Shown one piece after another: positions 6,324 to 12,074 of a DNA stretch of 16,182 bases. Source of the DNA: a virus (lineage: Duplodnaviria > Heunggongvirae > Uroviricota > Caudoviricetes); the IMG/VR virus record IMGVR_UViG_2526164689_000027, positions 1 to 16,182 of that record. One strand, 5' to 3'. Position 1 is the stretch's first letter. The number at the start of each line of letters is the position of its first letter. The notes under the pieces were generated by a model. The model did not search any database and was not told where the DNA came from. It saw nothing but the letters and a program-made list of their open reading frames with translations. The position numbers were made by a program, and so were the translations under genes.

Positions 6324-7085
6324 TCACCGCTGCTGTTCTCTGGTGGCGGTAATATCCCGGAGAATATCCCGGCACTTGTTCAGCTCCCGCAGCGCGGCGC
6401 AGACTCGCTCCCACTTCTGAACCTGACCTTTTGCCCGGCGCAGCTCGCGGTTAGCCACATGCAGCGATGGTAAAATCAGCCCATCCGGATGCTTTCTGGT
6501 GAACGACGGCTGTGACTGCACTGTGACCGCCACACTTTCCGTTTTTATTTCTTCCTGTGTTTCCGCTTCCCGGACTGGTAACGCAACACATGCTGGCTGA
6601 GGAAAGGCTTTACCATCGGTTTCCGCTACGGATGCAGCTTCCGGCTCTGCCGGTAAATCAGCGCCCGGTATGCAGTAACGAAATTTACCGTTCTGATTTA
6701 CGCGTGCCAGGCGCCCCGTTGCTGTTACGACCGCCAACGTGGAAGCAACCTTGCGAATGCTAACACCGAACTTATCCGCCAGTTCCTCACACGTTTTAGC
6801 CCCATCCTGACAGATAAACTCAATCATCATGTCCGCGGTAACTTTTTGTTCGACCTCCCCGGTCAGCACATCCGGTACTTCAGACTGTGCTGGCTGTTCT
6901 TCGGTTACCCCGGATTCACCTTCGACAGCCAGAAACCAGGTGTGACCCGTTTTATCAACAACGCCATTTTTTTTGAGTTCCCACAGTTCGTTGAGAACTT
7001 CTTCACGGCTGATATCAAGCCGCGCCGCCAGTTCAACAGAATTGGCTTTACCCATCGCTTTCAGTGCATGCAATACGGTTCCCAT
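6324..7085 (-). CDS. Tandem winged-helix protein (254 aa), function unknown
   Basis: ATG at 7085 with GGAGG SD 9 nt upstream. Two repeated wHTH-like segments, [44 protein letters not shown] and [43 protein letters not shown], plus a charged C-terminal helix. Confidence 0.5.
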   Translation of the reverse strand: MGTVLHALKAMGKANSVELAARLDISREEVLNELWELKKNGVVDKTGHTWFLAVEGESGVTEEQPAQSEVPDVLTGEVEQKVTADMMIEFICQDGAKTCEELADKFGVSIRKVASTLAVVTATGRLARVNQNGKFRYCIPGADLPAEPEAASVAETDGKAFPQPACVALPVREAETQEEIKTESVAVTVQSQPSFTRKHPDGLILPSLHVANRELRRAKGQVQKWERVCAALRELNKCRDILRDITATREQQR

Positions 7086-7119
7086 TAAAATTTCCTCCGG
7101 ATAAAAATTACTTCTCAAA

Positions 7120-7785
7120 TCAGACAAAACCAGCCGCTTTCCGGCGTTCATACTCCTGTTTCAGCAACTCAATTGGCGTTGGTCCCAACGGGCGTTTTGG
7201 TGCCGCCAGTTGTCGCCGTACTGGCGGAACGCTCAGGCCGTTACTAACATGCTTTGCCCATTTCGTCAGCTGCCGTTCTGCAAGCCGTTTTAATTCCCCT
7301 TCGGTCATCTGGCGTTCAATCCCCTTTGAACGCATCTCGAGGCAAATGTGATACAGCACAGGCTGAGGCCACGGATATTTGTCGCTTCCGTTATATCGCC
7401 AGGACTCATTACGCCAGCGGCGATACTCCTCCATCACAGCATCCACCGTCAGGCCAAATGGATTGGCCCCGCTTTCCGAAATCAGCGCCACAAACTCAGC
7501 CAGGTCCGGAGGCCATGTTTCACCCGCCCGGCAGCGGTCCATGCACTGGCGGCAGACCTGCCGGATTTGCTGCTCAGTCATCGCGCCAATCTGTGCAATC
7601 CAGAGCTTCGAAGGTGCGGCCCCGTTCTTCTGGGTCCAGCGGTTCGAATAAACCTCCCCCATGAGTTCCCACAGCTTCCAGGCCGTTTCCGTCGCTGATA
7701 AATCCGTTTTCACGTTCCCACTGCTCACGTGCTGCCCGAATTTCCTGAACTGCCCGTGATGCGGTGCCACCTGGTGCTGCTGCAT
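7120..7785 (-). CDS. Replication protein P-like (lambda P family helicase loader, 221 aa)
   Basis: ATG at 7785 with AGGGGG SD, 4 nt after the O-like stop. Recalled blockwise similarity to lambda P: [13 protein letters not shown] vs [28 protein letters not shown] vs [33 protein letters not shown] vs TDAELRRKAADEL. Confidence 0.6.
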   Translation of the reverse strand: MQQHQVAPHHGQFRKFGQHVSSGNVKTDLSATETAWKLWELMGEVYSNRWTQKNGAAPSKLWIAQIGAMTEQQIRQVCRQCMDRCRAGETWPPDLAEFVALISESGANPFGLTVDAVMEEYRRWRNESWRYNGSDKYPWPQPVLYHICLEMRSKGIERQMTEGELKRLAERQLTKWAKHVSNGLSVPPVRRQLAAPKRPLGPTPIELLKQEYERRKAAGFV

Positions 7786-7788
7786 GGT

Positions 7789-8613
7789 TTACCCCCTTGC
7801 TGACTGGTTAACCTGCGCCCTGACGTGATTTACGTGACGGGCGAATTTCTGCTCCCACTGAATCTGCGTAAACACTTTCCCCTCCGCTGCCCAGTAGTCC
7901 CGGAATGCGGTAAGTTCAGCAGGTGTAAATTCTGTCTCCGGCAAAGCCATCCCCCACAACGCAGCCCGTCGTCGAAAATCCCGTGACGGATACCAGCTAT
8001 CGGTCATCGGAAATTTTCCGATGGGTTCGCTCAGGCCATCCAGGAATACATGGGGGGCTGCCTGTAACGACAAAACTTCCTGCTCACTGATCGGAGCACT
8101 CTCGCGTGCGTTATGTGTGGGGTTTAGATCTTTGGGTTCCTTTGGGTTCCGTGATCCGTTTTTGGGTGTCTTTGATGGAAAATTTGGGTGTCTTTGGTTA
8201 TTTTCCATGCAACAAAGAGTTCCGTTTTTGGGGCTCTTTTGTGCTGAAACATAACCGTTTTCGGTACTGTTTTTATTAACAGCACCAATTTTACCCACCT
8301 TTAAAGACACCCGTTTTTGGGTGTATTCAGGCTCGGCAACACTTTCTTCTACACCGATAAGTCGGTACACCACAATTTGCTTTGTTCTGCCTTTTCTCTC
8401 ACCGGTATCAACAATTAACCCAATCTCCATCAGGTGTCGTAAGCTGTCCTGCACAGTCTTTTTGTTCAGTTCCGTTACTTCTGCCAGTGCAGATACAGAC
8501 GGGTATGCACACAAATCGGCACCGCACATATCAGCAAGCCAGGTCAATACAGACTTACTGGATGAACTGCCGGTTTTCACCTTTTTAGCCCATCGTAGTG
8601 CATCGATACTCAT
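7789..8613 (-). CDS. Replication initiator, lambda O-like (274 aa), with ori iterons embedded in the coding sequence
   Basis: ATG at 8613 with AGGGG SD; the track's longer start at 8688 would overlap the upstream gene by about 100 nt. N-terminal wHTH (MSIDALRWAKK...LRHLMEIGLIVD), a repeat-encoded linker (KSPKNGT...SKTPKNGSRNPKEPK), and a C-terminal domain, directly upstream of the P-like gene. Confidence 0.6.
   Translation of the reverse strand: MSIDALRWAKKVKTGSSSSKSVLTWLADMCGADLCAYPSVSALAEVTELNKKTVQDSLRHLMEIGLIVDTGERKGRTKQIVVYRLIGVEESVAEPEYTQKRVSLKVGKIGAVNKNSTENGYVSAQKSPKNGTLCCMENNQRHPNFPSKTPKNGSRNPKEPKDLNPTHNARESAPISEQEVLSLQAAPHVFLDGLSEPIGKFPMTDSWYPSRDFRRRAALWGMALPETEFTPAELTAFRDYWAAEGKVFTQIQWEQKFARHVNHVRAQVNQSARG
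8131..8324. repeat. Iteron cluster, putative prophage origin of replication
   Basis: TTTGGGTTCC twice in tandem (8131-8150); TTTGGGTGTCTTTG at 8161-8174 and 8184-8197; degenerate copies at 8225-8240 and 8311-8324; an inverted copy AAAGACACCC at 8303-8312; AT-rich stretch 8253-8300. Lies in the linker region of the O-like gene, as the lambda ori does. Confidence 0.5.
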
Positions 8614-9136
8614 ACGAACCCCTGGCAGATATTTGTTTATCTGCAAAGTAATATTGATACTGCTGACGATACGCATGCTTGAAAGCAATAGCTTTTTCTA
8701 TAAGCTCGTCAGTCTCACGTTCCACAACAGATGGATCCGCAAAAAGCAGTCCGGACTCCACCACATCGCCATATTCTTTGTTTAACCCGGCGATCATGTA
8801 CGTGATGCTTTTTCCGTCACTAATTTCACGATACAACCTGAAATCATTAATCCGGATAGCCTCCATAATTGCAGGCACTAGCGCCGTGAACTTTTCACGC
8901 TTATCCCTGGTGTCGATAGCCTTCCAGCGTTCGAATATCTTCACTCGATTAACGCCAAGCGCTCGCTGATCAACCGCGCCACCTTCATCTGTGACACGCT
9001 GAACATCGATGTTCGGGCGCTCTTTCAAAACCCAGAATGCTTCAGTGATTAATATCGTCGCCTGCTCCTGTGTCATTCCTGGTCGACATATCCAGGCATC
9101 CAGAGCCTCACGAGCCTGTTCAGGAGTGATTTTCAT
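8585..9136 (-). CDS. Protein in the cII position (183 aa), possibly YdaT-like
   Basis: ATG at 9136 overlaps the end of the cro-like gene by 17 nt. Sits between cro-like and O-like genes. Family assignment is by position only and is weak. Confidence 0.4.
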   Translation of the reverse strand: MKITPEQAREALDAWICRPGMTQEQATILITEAFWVLKERPNIDVQRVTDEGGAVDQRALGVNRVKIFERWKAIDTRDKREKFTALVPAIMEAIRINDFRLYREISDGKSITYMIAGLNKEYGDVVESGLLFADPSVVERETDELIEKAIAFKHAYRQQYQYYFADKQISARGSYEYRCTTMG

Positions 9137-9347
9137 TGTTCAACCGCCCCGCCCGCTTCGTCTTACGATATTCGTCATAAACCTTGGGATCATACAGAAG
9201 CTCGCCGCCAGATGCCTCCTGTAGACGCATCGCGCGACCTTCAGGAACTAGCTCTTGCCATTGAGAAACAGCAGATGGGTCAACGCCAGCAGCTTTCGCT
9301 ACTTTGGCTTTCGTACCGTAAAAATTAATTACGTCTGATTTAAACAT
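9120..9347 (-). CDS. dicC: Cro-like HTH regulator (DicC / YdaS family, 75 aa)
   Basis: ATG at 9347 with GGAGGT SD; the track start at 9374 is upstream of the SD. Divergent from the repressor gene. AKVAKAAGVDPSAVSQWQ is a Cro/CI-type HTH, and the C-terminus RAMRLQEASGGELLYDPKVYDEY is typical of this family. Confidence 0.65.
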   Translation of the reverse strand: MFKSDVINFYGTKAKVAKAAGVDPSAVSQWQELVPEGRAMRLQEASGGELLYDPKVYDEYRKTKRAGRLNNENHS

Positions 9348-9354
9348 CGCACCT

Positions 9355-9424
9355 CCAATATTGAGTTTTCTCAATACTAATCACTCAAGGAATCTCAAGT
9401 CAAGGGTTATTAAGATATCTAAAT
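9355..9424. promoter_or_regulatory. Divergent immunity promoter/operator region (oR-like)
   Basis: 14-bp palindrome TTGAGTTTTCTCAA at 9361-9374. On the minus strand, -35 TTGACT (9403-9398) and a -10-like TAGTAT follow with the palindrome over the start site. The repressor gene starts at 9425 with no strong SD. Confidence 0.45.
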
Positions 9425-9832
9425 ATGAACGAGAAAACTTTAGGTCAACGCATTAGAGAAAGACGTAAGCAGGTAGGCTTAAGTCAAAACGGTTTAAGCA
9501 AAGCTGCTGGCGTATCTGGCTCATCAATTTCATTATGGGAAAGTGACCATACAGCCCCGCGCGGGCAAAATTTGCATCGCCTCGCCGAGGTATTGCAATG
9601 TTCACCAACCTGGATACTGTTTGGCGACGAGGACAAAACACCAGCTCCCCCTGTTTCACTCGATAGTACCCTAGACTTATCGGAAGATGAGTTAGAGATG
9701 CTGCGTTTGTATCGCGCACTTCCTAAATCAGAGCAACAAGCACAACTCAGCGAACTCCGCGCCCGCGTTGAGAATTTTAATCGCCTGTTCACCGAGCTAT
9801 TAGAGGCTCGCAAACGCAACAAGCATCAATAA
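9425..9832 (+). CDS. dicA: DicA-like prophage repressor (XRE HTH, 135 aa)
   Basis: N-terminal HTH QRIRERRKQVGLSQNGLSKAAGVSGSSISLWESDH, then LQCSPTWILFGDEDK and C-terminus ELRARVENFNRLFTELLEARKRN, closely matching my recollection of E. coli DicA, which is also 135 aa. Confidence 0.8.
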   Translation: MNEKTLGQRIRERRKQVGLSQNGLSKAAGVSGSSISLWESDHTAPRGQNLHRLAEVLQCSPTWILFGDEDKTPAPPVSLDSTLDLSEDELEMLRLYRALPKSEQQAQLSELRARVENFNRLFTELLEARKRNKHQ

Positions 9833-9890
9833 TCATCCCTTCACAAAATTTTAAAGCCTTACATTTCAATGTATTGGCTTTATCTTGCGC

Positions 9891-9948
9891 CAATACTTGA
9901 GTTTTCTCATCAAAAAACCTTGACGAAAAATAATGAGAAAACTAAATT
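9891..9948 (+). promoter_or_regulatory. oL/pL-like operator-promoter for the leftward early operon
   Basis: CAATACTTGAGTTTTCTCA (9891-9909) repeats the oR motif CAATATTGAGTTTTCTCA (9356-9373) with one extra base; an inverted copy ATGAGAAAACTA is at 9932-9943. -35 TTGACG (9920-9925), 17-nt spacer, -10 TAAATT (9943-9948), with operator copies covering the spacer. Confidence 0.4.
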
Positions 9949-10024
9949 ATCTCCATCAACACACCGCACGGTGTTCTCCGCAAACAGTTCCGCTACCCCG
10001 GCGTTAAGGGGAAATGAGGTCAGC

Positions 10025-10177
10025 ATGGATACTATCGATCTTGGCAACAACGAATCTCTGGTATGTGGCGTGTTTCCCAATCAGGACGGCACGTTTACCG
10101 CGATGACGTATACCAGAAGCAAAACGTTTAAAACGGAAGCTGGCGCGCGTCGCTGGTTAGCAAGAAACTCTGACTGA
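10025..10177 (+). CDS. ydfA: YdfA-like small protein (50 aa), first gene of the dicB-type operon
   Basis: ATG at 10025 with GAGG SD 7 nt upstream; the longer track ORF from 9869 has no SD and crosses the promoter. Size and position after dicA match Qin ydfA. Confidence 0.5.
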   Translation: MDTIDLGNNESLVCGVFPNQDGTFTAMTYTRSKTFKTEAGARRWLARNSD

Positions 10178-10827
10178 TGAGGTTGACGATGGAATTTAAA
10201 GATTTACCTCCTTCAATCCAGGAGATTGCAGCACACACACTTCGTCATCGTCTGAACGAACTTGAATTGGAATCGGTAACGAAAAAAGACACTGATAATA
10301 TGGCTCGTAATGTGCGCGATGCGTTTACCGGATTGTATTTCTGTGCGTCTATAAATAAACACGACTCAGAGAGTGTGGCAAATAAAATTGCAGAAACGAC
10401 AGCGCAAAACATCAATACGAAACCAACGGAAGAAGAAATTGATCAGTTTGCTCATGATGCTGGTTTAAAAAACAAGAAAGAAAAATCGCCATATGCGGGG
10501 AACATGTTTGTTTATGACAATCTCATCAGAATTCGTGGCGAAATTCCGGCGGAATACCTGGCAAGAGTCCATCAGGCATTGCTTAAAAATTTGGAAACAG
10601 AATTATTTGATGGCAACACTAACGGTTTCTTCATGGTATCAGGCCTTGAGAAAGACTGGGATGCAGAAAAACGCTGGAATGTTGCTACATGGTTATTCAG
10701 TAACAGAGCCGCTGCACTGGAAGCTTCGGCATGTATTTGCGGCCTGTTCTTAACAGACCACAAATATAATCTGGATGTGTACAGTTATATTTACGCTGAA
10801 CACGGTCCACTCTGGATTGACTGGTAA
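10177..10827 (+). CDS. Hypothetical 216-aa protein, no recognisable domain (alternative start 10189)
   Basis: ATG at 10177 overlaps the upstream stop (TGATG); the internal ATG at 10189 has a GAGG SD. Soluble, acidic, no transmembrane segment or nucleotide-binding motif seen. Occupies the slot where I recall Qin carrying only the small ydfB/ydfC genes. Confidence 0.5.
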   Translation: MRLTMEFKDLPPSIQEIAAHTLRHRLNELELESVTKKDTDNMARNVRDAFTGLYFCASINKHDSESVANKIAETTAQNINTKPTEEEIDQFAHDAGLKNKKEKSPYAGNMFVYDNLIRIRGEIPAEYLARVHQALLKNLETELFDGNTNGFFMVSGLEKDWDAEKRWNVATWLFSNRAAALEASACICGLFLTDHKYNLDVYSYIYAEHGPLWIDW

Positions 10828-11037
10828 TTATAAGGAAACACCAGCAGGGCCGCGGCGACCAACAGAACGATTAAAATCAATAATGCCATTATAAAGGACA
10901 TTATTTAATTTATCGTCGAATGCTGATTCTGTGAGCCTCAACTCTGAATGAGTTTTTAATAACCCTGATTGCCTGAGTTGATTTACCAGGCATTCAATCT
11001 GTTTTTCAATAAGCGGATTTCTTTTTTTGTTTGGCAT
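10828..11037 (-). CDS. Hypothetical 69-aa protein, convergent with and abutting the 216-aa gene
   Basis: ATG at 11037 with GGAGGA SD 5 nt upstream. Its stop codon (10830-10828) directly abuts the stop of the plus-strand gene (10825-10827). Opposite orientation to the surrounding operon. Confidence 0.35.
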   Translation of the reverse strand: MPNKKRNPLIEKQIECLVNQLRQSGLLKTHSELRLTESAFDDKLNNVLYNGIIDFNRSVGRRGPAGVSL

Positions 11038-11376
11038 TTTATCCTCCATTGAGGTTCTGGGTTAAAAATGGAGACCAACACGCTGTCACGTGTGGTCGTG
11101 CGCCGGACACGGATAAGAATCCGGTACTGACAGTTTACTGAAAGGATATTTCCCTGAAAAGTCAGTGCATAACGCGAAAGCGTACGGCGAAGCTCTTTCC
11201 CTTAGAAGGCTTGTCGTTAGATTTCTTCGAACGTGCGCTTCCGGTTGTGGCACTCCGCGAAATGGCGCGGCGGTAAGTATGGCGGGGTTATTCCTTCCCC
11301 AGTTGAGGACACCGGGTTGTCAGGTTGACCATACGCTTAAGTGACAACCCCGCTACAACGCCCTCTGTTATCAATA

Positions 11377-11434
11377 TTCTGGTGACATTTGGCGGTATCA
11401 GTTTTACTCCGTGACTGCTCTGCCGCCCTTTTTT
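11377..11434 (+). ncRNA. dicF: DicF small regulatory RNA (Hfq-dependent sRNA targeting ftsZ and other mRNAs)
   Basis: TTCTGGTGACATTTGGCGGTATCAGTTTTACTCCGTGACTGCTCTGCCGCCCTTTTTT matches my recollection of E. coli DicF almost base for base, including the terminator hairpin GGCGG (11391-11395) / CCGCC (11423-11427) and U-tract. Lies just upstream of dicB as in Qin. The 5' end is approximate (RNase-processed in K-12). Confidence 0.7.
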
Positions 11435-11604
11435 AAAAGTGAATTTTGTGATGCGGTGAATGCGGCTCAGCGCACGCGGAACAGTTAAAACCAAAAACAG
11501 TGTTATGGGTGGATTCTCTGTATCCGGCGTTAATTGTTAACTGGTTAACGTCACCTGGAGGCACCAGGCACCGCATCACAAAATTCATTGTTGAGGACGC
11601 GATA

Positions 11605-11793
11605 ATGGAAAAGTTATCATGTAATGCCAGCACGTCTGAACTTCGTTTCGAAATTGGCGTTATCACTGGAGACAAAACATTTATTGAAGACGCCATTAAG
11701 CAGAGAAAACTCGAGCAGGACCTGTTAAATGAAGTATGCATTCCTTCAATGCTGGCTCGTCTGGACCTGCTGCAAAAAGGATATAAACAATGA
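11605..11793 (+). CDS. dicB: Cell-division inhibitor DicB (62 aa)
   Basis: ATG at 11605 with GAGGA SD; the track ORF from 11500 would run through DicF. MEKLSCNASTSELRFEIGVITGDKTFIEDAIKQRKLEQDLLNEVCIPSMLARLDLLQKGYKQ aligns with recalled DicB (FEIGV, EDAI, SMLARL blocks) at the same 62-aa length. Confidence 0.8.
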   Translation: MEKLSCNASTSELRFEIGVITGDKTFIEDAIKQRKLEQDLLNEVCIPSMLARLDLLQKGYKQ

Positions 11794-11981
11794 ATACAAC
11801 ATTTGCACTCGTTCTGACAGTTTATCTTGTTTCCGGCGAATCTCTTGAGCTGGTGACTGGCTTATACGGTTCAATGAAAGAATGCATGGCTGCAGCAGCA
11901 GAACAAAAAATTCCCGGTAACTGTTATCCGGTAGATAAAACTACTCACACTAATAATAACGAAATACCGGCAGGACTTTAA
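11790..11981 (+). CDS. ydfD: YdfD-like small lysis/membrane protein (63 aa)
   Basis: ATG overlaps the dicB stop (ATGA). Hydrophobic N-terminus MNTTFALVLTVYLVSG, 63 aa, immediately after dicB as in Qin. Confidence 0.65.
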   Translation: MNTTFALVLTVYLVSGESLELVTGLYGSMKECMAAAAEQKIPGNCYPVDKTTHTNNNEIPAGL

Positions 11982-12074
11982 AACAGCACCGTAATTAATA
12001 TCCGGTTTCATTTTTATATGCCAGCAATGGCAGGGATTTGTTCACCCTTAAATCTGTAATGAGGTTAAAACAAA

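Noticed and set aside
5716-6352. Plus-strand ORFs of 70 and 146 aa across the nin spacer
   Set aside because: Antisense to minus-strand genes and terminator; Arg/Ser/Pro-rich translations typical of out-of-frame reading; no SD.
9453-9822. Minus-strand ORFs of 88 and 112 aa inside dicA
   Set aside because: Antisense to the well-supported repressor gene.
11050-11376. Retron-like msr/msd ncRNA in the long non-coding stretch
   Set aside because: No reverse-transcriptase gene nearby and no flanking a1/a2 inverted repeats of the expected kind; DicF precursor or leader is the simpler explanation.
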